Source: a virus
Virus record (IMG/VR): IMGVR_UViG_3300050343_000285
Span: 130,788 to 194,787 of that record
Strand: one strand, 5' to 3'
Length of the DNA: 64,000 nucleotides
Below are positions 10,274 to 21,057 of the stretch, piece after piece (within the stretch, counting starts at the first letter, position 1; every line of letters starts with the position of its first letter). The notes under the pieces were generated by a model, which ran no database searches, was not told the origin of the DNA, and saw only the letters and a list, made by a program, of their open reading frames with translations. The position numbers were made by a program, and so were the translations under genes.

Positions 10274-10896
10274 TTACTTCTTTCATGCAAGATAAAATCT
10301 TTATAATATATTGTTTTAATTTTTTCAATATTATCATTTGATATTAGAATATTTTCTGAAGATGACATATTAAGTTTAGGCATATTTCGATATACGTTAG
10401 AAATATTTTCAATATTAATAATTAATTGTTTTTTAAAAAACCAAAAAATATCGGGAATAAAATCACTTTGAAGAAAAAAATGATGAGGTTCTGATATAAA
10501 ATTTAATTTAGAAAAATTATTTAATACTATATCACCTATATCTTCGATTATATTAATTTCATTATGTTTTATTTTAATAATATTCTTAAGCCATTCATGC
10601 CCATATTGTTTTCTTGTTCCATTCACAAAATAATGAGATAATAAAGATTTGAATCTTTTAATAGGATCTCTCGTTATGATCATACCTTCGTTATATATAG
10701 ATAAATTTTGTTTTAATATCGGTATCTTATTTTTAAAATATTTCTTACATACGAAACTAGCATTTTTAGGCACTTCTACCCAAAGTGTTTTTGTTTGAAA
10801 ACTTTTACATAAACTCATATCCCATAGATACGTAAACTTGTTGCAGTAGGTGCAATTACATGAATTTAGATTTTTTATATCTGTACTTTTAATCAT
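10270..10896 (-). CDS. sulfotransferase family 2 protein
   Basis: VPKNAS (5'-PSB) and RDPIKRFKS (3'-PB) motifs. Confidence 0.75.
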   Translation of the reverse strand: MIKSTDIKNLNSCNCTYCNKFTYLWDMSLCKSFQTKTLWVEVPKNASFVCKKYFKNKIPILKQNLSIYNEGMIITRDPIKRFKSLLSHYFVNGTRKQYGHEWLKNIIKIKHNEINIIEDIGDIVLNNFSKLNFISEPHHFFLQSDFIPDIFWFFKKQLIINIENISNVYRNMPKLNMSSSENILISNDNIEKIKTIYYKDFILHERSK

Positions 10897-12268
10897 TTGC
10901 CTGCTTGCGATCTATAAAATTATTTAAGTCTTCTGGAGTGCCTATTCCCCACATTTTATCTACATGAAAAATAGATATTTTTTTATTATCAGCTATTGCT
11001 TCATTAAATACAGGACATACATAAAATTCATTATTATATCTTTTATTTAACTTAATCATTTGCTTAGCGTATTTAACATAATCTGAACCCTTTTTCCAAT
11101 AGTAAACTCCTACTGTTGCTATATTTGATATTGGGTTTTTTTCTGCTACTTCATTTACAAAACCAGTTTCTTTATCTATCTTAACAAAAGACCATTTAGG
11201 ATGTGTTGATTCAAATGTTAATATGCCAGCATCTACATTTTGTTCTTGCATTTTATACATAAATTTGCTTGTATTCCATTCCACATATTGATCAGAGTTA
11301 GCTATAATTAGAGGATTGTCATTATCTATTTCTTTTTCTGCTAACAATGTGGTACACGCTGCCCCATCAGTGATACCATCAACTTCTATAACCTTAGGAT
11401 TTTTTGTAATAATACTTAATAATGAATCTAAATTATATTTTAGTCTATGATTTTTTTGAACAATAAATATATGATTTGCTTTAAAGTTTAAATTATCTAC
11501 AACTAACTGTATCATTGGCTTATTGTCTATTTCTATTAGAGGTTTAGGGAAGGTATAGCCTGCTTGATCAAACCTACTACCTGCACCAGCCATAGGGATT
11601 AAAACATTTAGATTAGTATCTTCCCATTTTATATTCTGTTTCATGATTGTATTCTCCGTTTTAATTTTTTTTGAAATATTTTCTATTGTAACTTCATCAG
11701 GGCTAGATACACGGTATACATTAGCTCCAGAAATTTCAGCAGCTTTTAATCCATTAGGGGAGTCTTCAACAATTAGGGTTTCATTTGGTACAGTTTTGAG
11801 GATTGACATAGCTTTCCAATAAATTTCAGGATGAGGCTTGGATGTGGATACATCTTCATTTGTTAAAATTAAATCAAAATACTCGATAACACCAATTTTT
11901 GATAGCATAGTATATACTGATCTTCTAATAGAATTAGAGCAACATGATATTTTATAATTTTGAGATAAATAATAAAAAACTTCAACTAACCTATTATCTT
12001 TATGTAAAGACTCGAATTTTTGCAAAGTTATACGTTGTTTAAGATCCCATATTTTTGTATGTAAATTTACTGTTAGTCCTCTGTTTTCTGTAAGTAGTTT
12101 TAATTTTTCATAAGTTTTCAATCCATCATATTTTCTATAATGATCTTGTTTTGATATAATATATTGCTCACCAGCTATGGTATATAAGGCTTCATTCAAA
12201 GCATCATAATGCATATCCTTAGCTTTTACTAAAACCCCATCTAAGTCGAAAATAATATGCTTAATCAT
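10889..12268 (-). CDS. HAD phosphatase fused to sugar-phosphate nucleotidyltransferase
   Basis: N-terminal FDLDGVL, KPHPEIY, VEDS; C-terminal IPMAGAGSRF...PKPLI, ANSDQ, WGIGTPEDL. Confidence 0.88.
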   Translation of the reverse strand: MIKHIIFDLDGVLVKAKDMHYDALNEALYTIAGEQYIISKQDHYRKYDGLKTYEKLKLLTENRGLTVNLHTKIWDLKQRITLQKFESLHKDNRLVEVFYYLSQNYKISCCSNSIRRSVYTMLSKIGVIEYFDLILTNEDVSTSKPHPEIYWKAMSILKTVPNETLIVEDSPNGLKAAEISGANVYRVSSPDEVTIENISKKIKTENTIMKQNIKWEDTNLNVLIPMAGAGSRFDQAGYTFPKPLIEIDNKPMIQLVVDNLNFKANHIFIVQKNHRLKYNLDSLLSIITKNPKVIEVDGITDGAACTTLLAEKEIDNDNPLIIANSDQYVEWNTSKFMYKMQEQNVDAGILTFESTHPKWSFVKIDKETGFVNEVAEKNPISNIATVGVYYWKKGSDYVKYAKQMIKLNKRYNNEFYVCPVFNEAIADNKKISIFHVDKMWGIGTPEDLNNFIDRKQAND

Positions 12269-13260
12269 TATAATTTTTTCTTTAGTATATTTAATATTTT
12301 ATCGCAAGAGTTGCCATCACCATATGGGCAAGATTCATTTACTATTTCTATTTTGGTGTTTTTAAAAATTTTATACAAATCCTTTGGAGATTGACACAGT
12401 GTAGAGAACGTCCCAAGACCTTCTTTTCTTTCAGTTGTTGTCCGACAAACTATACTCTTTTTTTGCAAAAATGAAGACTCTTCTTGAAGGCCCCCGCTAT
12501 CAGTTATTAATATACTACATTTAGCAATTATATCTATACATTTATTATAAGACAAAGGATCTATTACTTTAACGTTTTTGAATACATATTTATATTTTTG
12601 TATTTTATTATTTGGATGCATAGGAAAAATAAATTCTAAATTTTTATACATAGTTGCTATGTCCTCAATAGCTACAAACCAGTCTTTAATTATTTTTAAA
12701 TTTTCTCTCCTATGTAATGTTATTAAAACCTTGTTTTCTAAAGTTGGTTGAATATTTTTTAAATTATCTAAAACTGTGTTACCAACTAAATAAGTTTCGC
12801 CAGAATGATAAGACTTTATATTATTTAAATTTTCTTGAGTTGGGCATAGATGTATATCTGCCATATTGCTAATAGCAATTCTATTAAACTCTTCTGGATA
12901 GGGATGATTAATATTTCCTGATCTAAGTCCAGCTTCTAAATGTATAATTGGTATTTGTCTATGAAATGAGGATAAAGCTACAGCAAAAGCAGAGGTTGTA
13001 TCTCCTTGAATTAATGTATGTGTAACATTGTGAAAAATTGGATTAATCTTACTTAGTATAGAAGATATTATTGAATCCAACCTGTTTGCTGAATTATCTA
13101 TATTAATATATATGGGGTTATATTCAGTAATAAATTTATCTATTAACTCGTTATGTTGCTTAATATATAATAGTTTATAATCAATATTATTTTTTATTTT
13201 GTCAATTAATGGTTTAATTTTTATCCATTCTGGTCTTGTCCCGAAAGCTATTAATAGCAT
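12268..13260 (-). CDS. wecB: UDP-GlcNAc 2-epimerase (non-hydrolysing type)
   Basis: GTRPEWIK, QGDTTSA, HLEAGLRS, PEEFNR, TLHRREN, TDSGGLQEE. Confidence 0.92.
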   Translation of the reverse strand: MLLIAFGTRPEWIKIKPLIDKIKNNIDYKLLYIKQHNELIDKFITEYNPIYINIDNSANRLDSIISSILSKINPIFHNVTHTLIQGDTTSAFAVALSSFHRQIPIIHLEAGLRSGNINHPYPEEFNRIAISNMADIHLCPTQENLNNIKSYHSGETYLVGNTVLDNLKNIQPTLENKVLITLHRRENLKIIKDWFVAIEDIATMYKNLEFIFPMHPNNKIQKYKYVFKNVKVIDPLSYNKCIDIIAKCSILITDSGGLQEESSFLQKKSIVCRTTTERKEGLGTFSTLCQSPKDLYKIFKNTKIEIVNESCPYGDGNSCDKILNILKKKL

Positions 13261-13272
13261 AATTTTAAACCT

Positions 13273-14010
13273 TTATTCTATATTTTTTACTGTATTCCAC
13301 CCGTTATCAATAGCATGTTCTACGCAAAGATTTCTTTGACTAAAAAAGGTCTTGTGAGACACTACTGTATTTTTACTAGTTGCAACTCTGTCTCCACCCA
13401 GCTTAATAGGTTCCAAAGATCCATGCAGAGACTTATCATTTTTAGGATGAGGAGGGCAGTAAGTATTAATTTTACCAAATTTTTGAGCCAAATATGAAAA
13501 CTGTATATCTTCTCCGTTATCTAACATAAAAGGTTTTTCAAACCACATATATTTCAACCATTCACTTTTAAAAAACCATGCATGACCTACTAAATCAACT
13601 CTTTGTATCTCCGTATTCAAACTGGGCCACCCAGCTCTAGTATGATTTCTATATACTCTAGAATTTAAAATTACACCAGCAGATCCTAATATACCGTTAC
13701 ATTGATTTATAGAACTTAAACAATTTTCAAACCATCTTTTTCCAGGAATTGTGTCATCATCAAATACTGCTATATAATCACTTTGTGATAAGAGGGCAGC
13801 AGAAAACCTACCATAAAACTTCCAATTAAAATTATTATCAAATGTTTTATCAACATCAAAACTCTTTAAGTCTACTTGCTCATTATCCTGATGTAGATTT
13901 CTCCATAACCAAATATCTGTTGTTTTAATTGTTTGATTCCTAATTGATTCTATTTGTTTTTTAAGATTTTGAGGTCTTCTGTATAAATTTAATATAGTTG
14001 TTATAGTCAT
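13273..14010 (-). CDS. GT2-family glycosyltransferase
   Basis: NLYRRP, YIAVFDDD, VDLVGHAW, GEDIQFS. Confidence 0.75.
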   Translation of the reverse strand: MTITTILNLYRRPQNLKKQIESIRNQTIKTTDIWLWRNLHQDNEQVDLKSFDVDKTFDNNFNWKFYGRFSAALLSQSDYIAVFDDDTIPGKRWFENCLSSINQCNGILGSAGVILNSRVYRNHTRAGWPSLNTEIQRVDLVGHAWFFKSEWLKYMWFEKPFMLDNGEDIQFSYLAQKFGKINTYCPPHPKNDKSLHGSLEPIKLGGDRVATSKNTVVSHKTFFSQRNLCVEHAIDNGWNTVKNIE

Positions 14011-14864
14011 AAGCTTTTGTATATTTCTATATATTCTTCTGCAATATCAATTGGATTCCAGTATTTCTTCATCCACTCTCTAGAATTAACTCCTTTTTGC
14101 ATAATATAATCTATACCTTTATTTTCAACCAAGTTTATTAATACGTTCTCTAGCTCTTGTATTGAACACGACAGGAATGGGTGTCCATCCGACTTGGCTA
14201 CATTTTTTATTACCTTATCAACCCCATCGCTTATTTTACATATAGTCAAACACCCCAAGGATAAACCCTCTAATCCAGATCTATGATATGATCCTGTCAT
14301 CACTTCGTCTATAATTATATTGCATAAAGATTTTCTCTGCCTACACTCTCTGTAACCGATTCCATGAATCACATCTATATCAATTTTTTCTTTGTATTTT
14401 TCTTTAAGTTTTTGCAAAATTGTCGTTGTTTGCCTGTACCCTTTATTATACCATCCTCTATCTTTTTTATTAGATGGTGAATATCCTATTTTTATTTTCT
14501 TGTCGTAATATTTTGGAATATTCATGTCTTCCCAGAGGTCTATTGGATTTCTAACTATTGTACAGTTTTTATATTCTGGTAGTGTGGCATGATACTGTGC
14601 TATTACGGCTTTGGGTATTGCAACGCTTAGATCAACCCTAAATGGTTCGCTGTGATATTGAATAAGTCTTGGTAATTTACTGCTATTAAACATATTTCTA
14701 TTATGTAAATGAATGATATCTAAATATTGTAATAAATTAGTTTTTTCACTTGCATAACCATAACCAAATACACTAGCTTCATGATCTGTATATTTATTTA
14801 TAATATTAGAAATAGCTTCTGGAGCATTAGACAACCCTGTTTGTTTATAGTGTGCTATTTTCAT
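14007..14864 (-). CDS. glycosyltransferase, GT-B-like
   Basis: GYSPS, IIIDE..TGSYHRSGLEGLSLG. Confidence 0.6.
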   Translation of the reverse strand: MKIAHYKQTGLSNAPEAISNIINKYTDHEASVFGYGYASEKTNLLQYLDIIHLHNRNMFNSSKLPRLIQYHSEPFRVDLSVAIPKAVIAQYHATLPEYKNCTIVRNPIDLWEDMNIPKYYDKKIKIGYSPSNKKDRGWYNKGYRQTTTILQKLKEKYKEKIDIDVIHGIGYRECRQRKSLCNIIIDEVMTGSYHRSGLEGLSLGCLTICKISDGVDKVIKNVAKSDGHPFLSCSIQELENVLINLVENKGIDYIMQKGVNSREWMKKYWNPIDIAEEYIEIYKSL

Positions 14865-16369
14865 TTTTTTGTTTTTGAAAAAAATATACAGTATCTATGG
14901 AATCTACTAGAGTAAAACCATAGCTTTTAATCTTATTGATACACTTTTCTTTAAATTTTTTATCTTTCATTAAAAACTGATGTATTTCTATAAGTATCTT
15001 GTTACAATTTTGTATCACATGAGCGTTTTCCTCTAAAAAAATTAACTCACCACCTTCACAATCTATATTCATGCAGTTAATATTTTCTATATTTTTTTAT
15101 ACTACTTAATTTAATACATTCTAAATTATAATCTCTTCTGGTTTTTGCGAAATTTCTACCATTATCAACTCGATCAGCTGACCCAGCAACTATCAAATTA
15201 TAAGTCTGAAAATTAACTATATCTAATGTTTGCGAAATATAACCAAATACCAAGTCTACATTTTTTATATTGTTCTCTTGCATTGTCTTCTGTAATGACT
15301 CTTTGAGTTCTGGATTGGCTTCCACAGATATGACATGCTTACATTTTCTTGATAATCTTAGAGTAGTAATACCTAAACATGATCCAATCTCTAAAACATT
15401 ATCCTTTTTATTTAAATATTTATTAATTAAACATAATTCTGTTTTTTCATATATTTTATTACGAAATCTTTGCATTAGTTCTGGTATGCAATATCTCTTT
15501 GGTATAAATATTTTATTATTTAGATAATTCACGGATTGTATATCTTTTTGTTTTCTTAAACTTTCTCTTTTGATTTTTTCCCCATCTAGTAAAATCCTCG
15601 AAGCTGCTGGCTGGCTCATACTAGATTCAACATCTCTAATACCTTTTACTAATTTAAATAATCCAGCAGGCTCAAGACTCGATAAATGGTCACTACCCCA
15701 CATATTATGATTAAGAGTAATGTGCCTTTCGACCCATTCAGCACCTAGAGCCACTGAAGCAAAAGTAGATACTAAGCCATACTCATGACCACTATAGCCT
15801 ATCTGTCTTGTAGGCCATCTTTTTTTCAGCCATTTGATATAGTTAAGATTAATTTCATTTACTGGACAAGGATACGTGCTATTTGTATGCATAACAACAT
15901 CAGCATCGCACGAGTATATACAGTCTTCTATTTCTTTTTCTGTACTCATACCAGTAGATATTATTAAAGTATTAAACTTTTTTTTAGAATGAACACAAAG
16001 ATCCCTATCTGTAATAACAGCAGAAGGTATTTTTGCAATATTTACATATTTGCTCATTAAATCTGCACTAGGAATATCCCAAACACTAGCAAACATTTTA
16101 ATATTTTGGCTTTTAGCATAGTCTATCAATTCAACAATTTGCTCTTCATTAAATTCAATTTTTTCTTTATACTCAAGATATGTCATATCCCCCCAAGGTG
16201 TTGATCGCATCTTGGTCTTTTGGTCTTCTGGAACACAAATGCTTGGCGTTCTTTTTTGAATTTTTACATAATCACAGCCAGAAGCACTAGATATATTAAT
16301 GAGTTTTTTACAGGTGTCGATAGAGCCATTGTGGTTGATCCCTATTTCCGCTATAATCTTGGTTTTCAA
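14845..16369 (-). CDS. neuB: N-acetylneuraminate/nonulosonate synthase fused to FkbM methyltransferase (one homopolymer frameshift near 15095)
   Basis: IAEIGINHNG, KIQKR, HTNSTYP, GYSGHE, ERHIT; in-frame VLEIGSCLG, VEANP; continues as MNIDCEGGE after removing one A. Confidence 0.85.
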
Positions 16370-16405
16370 TAGTAAATTCCTTCTCCTTACAAGATAATAT
16401 CACTA

Positions 16406-16416
16406 TATTATACACC
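16406..16416 (-). promoter_or_regulatory. GTGTATWATA motif
   Basis: GGTGTATAATA, intergenic, upstream of neuB. Confidence 0.5.
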
Positions 16417-16454
16417 TATTTTAATTCGATCAAGTCATTTATGTATTATAATAT

Positions 16455-17568
16455 TTATTCTATTTTTTTAAGTTCATGTTTTATTTTATTATCTCGATCT
16501 AATAAAAAATCTCCTAAATAAACTTGATTATTTTGCGGATATAATAGAGAAGTTGGTTTTCTGTTTTCGTCAAATAAAGTAATGATATCTTCTTTACTTC
16601 TTTCCCAATATCTTTCATTAGTATTATTGTATATATCTATAGTCCCATCCTTATTTAATTGCATATTGCCATGAAACTTTCTTTCCAATGTAGACGTATT
16701 AATACTGTAAAACTCCCACAAGTGTATAGTTTTATTGTCAATATCCCCAAAATCTGTTTTAAAAAACTTTATCTTTGTTCTCCTGCATCTTTGTTAAAAA
16801 GTCTTTATAGTTTTCCCAAGAATCTATAATATAGTGTATGTGAGTAAGTCTACCTTTAGGATTAATAGCAGAGTAATCTTCATATATATCATTGGAACTA
16901 TCAAAAAATGTACTTTCGACTATAGGCACTTTACATATTTTTGCTAAGACAGACGCTCCATTATCGGTCCACGAAACCTTATACTTATGTGTCAGCTTTA
17001 AATATTGTTCGGTTCTGTTACATAGTTTAATTTTTTGAACAGCACTCATTGAGTAAAGTGTAGCCTCCCAACTATGTACGAACATTGGCGGACCTTGATG
17101 ACCATTTAGATCTGATCTACCAAAAAAGATATTTCTCATTTTCATATCTCTTAAAATCATTTGTTGCTTAATACACATATCTCCAGTTCTTCCGGATATT
17201 AAACATATCGGATCATTATAGTCATAGAAATCTGATAGTAGTTCATATGTTCTATCTATATCCGTACTAGAATCATCATCAACCTGAAAAATCCATTTAT
17301 AATTAATCGGATTTTTATATATATAATTTACAAATCTTAGAGATGTAGGAGCGTCGTTACCACAGTCCGACCATTCATAATCATAATTACTACATAAAGA
17401 CTTTATAAAGTCTGGCTCAGGACCATCCGCTAGAAATAATAGTTTAAAGCTAATATTATTATGGTTAGTGAATTTTAAACCATAAATCTCTATAAAATTT
17501 TTAATTCTTTTTAAGAATTTTTCTTGCCTTGGAGATGATAATACAGCTATGATAAAATCATATTTCAT
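16455..17568 (-). CDS. GT-A-fold glycosyltransferase-like protein, probably joined to the 16455-16721 ORF
   Basis: WIFQVDDD DxD motif; removing one T at the apparent stop (16759) reads through KTDFGDIDNKTIHLWEF into the next ORF. Confidence 0.5.
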
Positions 17569-17864
17569 TTAAAATACTCATTAGAATTTATATTTTTGTC
17601 ATCTATAAAGATATCGTATACTGGTTTACCAAAAAGCATTTGACTATACTTAACAAGCCATCTATTGAATTGTTCAATTGTAACGGCCCTCCAATCAATA
17701 CCGCTTTTAGTGCCTCTAGCAGTCCAATAAATAATTGTGTGGCCTTGATTATACAGATCATTCATTTTGGCTATTCTATCATAAATTGGCGTGGCTTCAG
17801 AATAGTCCTGACTATCTGTAGGTAGTTTACAAATTGTATCATCTATATCTATATATATTATCAT
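17565..17864 (-). CDS. small HAD-like phosphatase (capsule-biosynthesis type)
   Basis: IDIDDT, YWTARG, GKP.YDIFIDDK. Confidence 0.85.
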   Translation of the reverse strand: MIIYIDIDDTICKLPTDSQDYSEATPIYDRIAKMNDLYNQGHTIIYWTARGTKSGIDWRAVTIEQFNRWLVKYSQMLFGKPVYDIFIDDKNINSNEYFK

Positions 17865-18420
17865 AAGTCTACAGCTTTCATCCCTTCATCATATGTTAAA
17901 AACGCCGCTATTGTATATCTAGAGCCTTTAGTTATTTTTGTTACCCCATGAAGACAATCCATACTGCCAAGATGAATCGCAGTATGACCTTTTTTGGGCT
18001 TAATTTCTATATTTCTTTCTGGATAATAAAGCAAACCGCCTTCAAAATCTTCGTTTAAAAATGTTACTATACCAAAATCCCTCCAAGGATAGTCATGAGG
18101 AGGACATCCCGGCGGATTTTCAGCATCGGCATGTGGCTGTAAATCATAACCTTCGGGCCATCTAGCGATGCTAAAATGCTCACAAAAAAACTTTCTTGCT
18201 GGTTAAATTCTCTAACTTGTCTACTACAGATTTAAGAGACTCTAGCATAACATTCTGAACTTCCGGGTTTTTTTACTTGGTGATAGAATAAAGTTCTACC
18301 TTGCCAGTAGTTTTGCTCACTTAATTCTCCAAAATCTTTTGAATTATTATCTAAGTAATCTATAATTAAATTTATATCTTCTTGATTTGTTATATTTTCA
18401 AAGACCATAGGAAATGTCAT
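17861..18420 (-). CDS. 2OG-Fe(II) oxygenase (prolyl-4-hydroxylase-like), frameshifted
   Basis: Second part reads LQPHADAE (HxD), FLNEDFEGG, CLHGVTKITKGSRYT. Confidence 0.85.
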
Positions 18421-18435
18421 GACTATGTATCCTCC

Positions 18436-19191
18436 TTAATTATCTAAATGTGTTTGGTGATCTTTAAATTTATTGCCATATACATCCTCACCATTATGAT
18501 ATCTACGACCATTACCGTTTTTTTTGTATTTATCTAAATTACCTCTCTCATCCCCATGCTCTAATCCACATTTCATTTCTGCTTCAAGTTGTTCATTTGA
18601 TAATATGTCTGCTGAATCTTTTATTTCAAACTTATCTATAAAATGTCTAGGATATGGTATAACACAACCTACTATATCTCCTTTAGATATTCTTATCTTA
18701 TGATTAGGTCTAGTAATTCTAATATTATATGTAAAATCTCTTCTAAGATTATCTGTTTCAACTACTCCCGTCATGTGATATAAGCCGTCAATAAAAGTAT
18801 TAGGAGGATTGATGGTCATTAAATTAACGCCATCTGGAGTACGCAAAGAGAATGTTGTTTGTATCGTAATTGTACCCATGCCGAAATGACTGCTGATAGA
18901 TTGTAATATTTTATTTTTTTTAAAATCTTCAGGATCTAAATAAGTTACTTCTACATCGCTAGGACTATCTCCACCATTCCATATAACTTCTATATCATGT
19001 ATGCTTTTTAATATAAAACCATGCTGATTGCCCATAACTAAAGGTAAACAAAAATACGCATGTTTAACAAACCAATCACGTTTAAAATCCCCTTTAAGAG
19101 AAGCATATAATTTATCAATATTCTCTTTAGTTTGAAACTCACGGGCATGTGCTATTAAACCTATTGTATTTTCTTTTATTAATTTGCTCAT
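18436..19191 (-). CDS. DUF6065-like protein
   Basis: CLPLVMGNQHG, LRTPDGVNL, PPN, MTGVVETD; family often found beside phage 2OG oxygenases. Confidence 0.65.
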   Translation of the reverse strand: MSKLIKENTIGLIAHAREFQTKENIDKLYASLKGDFKRDWFVKHAYFCLPLVMGNQHGFILKSIHDIEVIWNGGDSPSDVEVTYLDPEDFKKNKILQSISSHFGMGTITIQTTFSLRTPDGVNLMTINPPNTFIDGLYHMTGVVETDNLRRDFTYNIRITRPNHKIRISKGDIVGCVIPYPRHFIDKFEIKDSADILSNEQLEAEMKCGLEHGDERGNLDKYKKNGNGRRYHNGEDVYGNKFKDHQTHLDN

Positions 19192-21057
19192 TCCAATCTC
19201 ATTATTCTGTTCACTGGTATAGTTTTAGTATTTACTTCTTCCTTGTATCTTTCTTTCATCCATTTAGTTTTCAGTCTATCTGGAACCATCATAAACCCAA
19301 AATAAGCAAGATAATGTAAAATACTGGCTTTGGTATAAAAACTCAATACATCGTTTTCGTCTAATGATATTTCAGAAGCACCACTACCATATATAATATC
19401 TGGGCCATGAATATCATCAAGTTCTACTCCAGAGTTATTTAAAAACCATTAACATAGAATATTGGTCTGATAAATGATCAAACCATTTGTAATCTTTTTC
19501 GTTTAGTACTTCTTTTGCTTTTTTTAATAGTTTTTTTCTTTCTATCTTAATCTTATTGCTAAAATCTTTAATTTTTTCGTGATATATTTTACTGGGTAAG
19601 ATAATTTGGCCCCCATTGATTCCGTTACCTCCTAAGACCTTTTTAATTGTTTCGTCGCTCCCCTCGCCTATTACATAAGCACAATCATTTCTATTATATT
19701 TATTAAACATATACGCTGGATTTTTAGTAAAGATAATATCACTATCTATAACAAATACTTTATCATAGTCAAAATTTGCAAAGAGATGATCCATAGTATT
19801 CCATTTAAAAAAGAAGACATCGCTATTCGTCTCTCTGTTAAAATCAAACTCTATAAAATTAACATCTGGAAAATCTAAAAATAAATTTTCATCACCTTCA
19901 AAAACTTTAGTGCTTTTTAAATCATTTTTTTGTTTATTATAATATACAACTATATCGAATTGTTTTTCTGTTTTATATGAAGTTTTATATAGTGTTTCTA
20001 AAGCATAATAAAGCATACAATAATATTTCATATTATTATCATTATAATCATCAAGAAATAATGCGAAAACGATTGCTCTTGTCTCAACTACATCTCCCAC
20101 TACTTCACTTGGGTCTTTAACAAATAAGTTTTGCCAATATTTATTCGGATTATTAATTTTATTTATTTTCAATTTCCAATTTTTAGCGCATTCTATTAAT
20201 TCATTGTTTCTTAAATATTTAGGGAGCATGAAACAGGAATGACCAGCAGAATAGTGTACGATACACGTTTTAATATTGTCTATTACGATATCATTATTTT
20301 TAACAGAGACATCATAAACTGTATTATCTGACTCTAAATTAGAACGAGATGGCGTAGTAAAATCTTCTACTTCTAAATCTCCAAAGTCTTTACTATTTTT
20401 AGTTAATATATTTTGACCACAATATTGCTCATTAAAGAATGTAAAATTATTATATTTATCAAGAGTAATTTCTTTTTTATTTAATAACTTTTTTGCTGCT
20501 TTATTGAGTCTAATTCTTTCTTTAACAACATCTTTATAGAAATTATTTGCATCTTTATGAAACTTTTTAGGTATTAATAGTTGACCGCTACCCATAGGTG
20601 ATAATGTGGGGCACACCTGTGTTGCTGTATCATCCCAAAGACCATAACCATATATTTTTTTATTATCATATTTATTAAAAATATAATTTGGATTTTTATA
20701 GAAAATAACGTCACTGTCTATTAAGAAAATCTTATCGTAGTCATACTTGAATACATTTTCTAGATTATGCCATTTGCTCATCCAAGGAGTATTGACACCA
20801 TTAGGGTCTGTTTCTATTGTGTACTTTTTATCATAAGTGCTTTCTGTTAATATAAATTTATTTTTAAATTCATTATATATACTATATTCTTCTAAATATT
20901 TATATTTTTTAAAATCAGGAAATGTATAATATACTCTAACATCAAATGACTCATCATATAAATTATCTAATGTTTTTAATGCATAGTAAAGCATTGCGTA
21001 GTATGTTGAATTTTGATTTAAGCAACATATCGAAAAATACAAACAGTTATTATTCAT
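19188..21057 (-). CDS. tandem two-domain GT-A-like glycosyltransferase (frameshift near 19437)
   Basis: Internal duplication with LIDSD and VIDSD DxD motifs; probable start MNNNCL at 21057; read-through to TGA at 19188. Confidence 0.65.

Noticed and set aside
12268-13260. Calling the epimerase neuC
   Set aside because: Its signature motifs match the non-hydrolysing WecB type.
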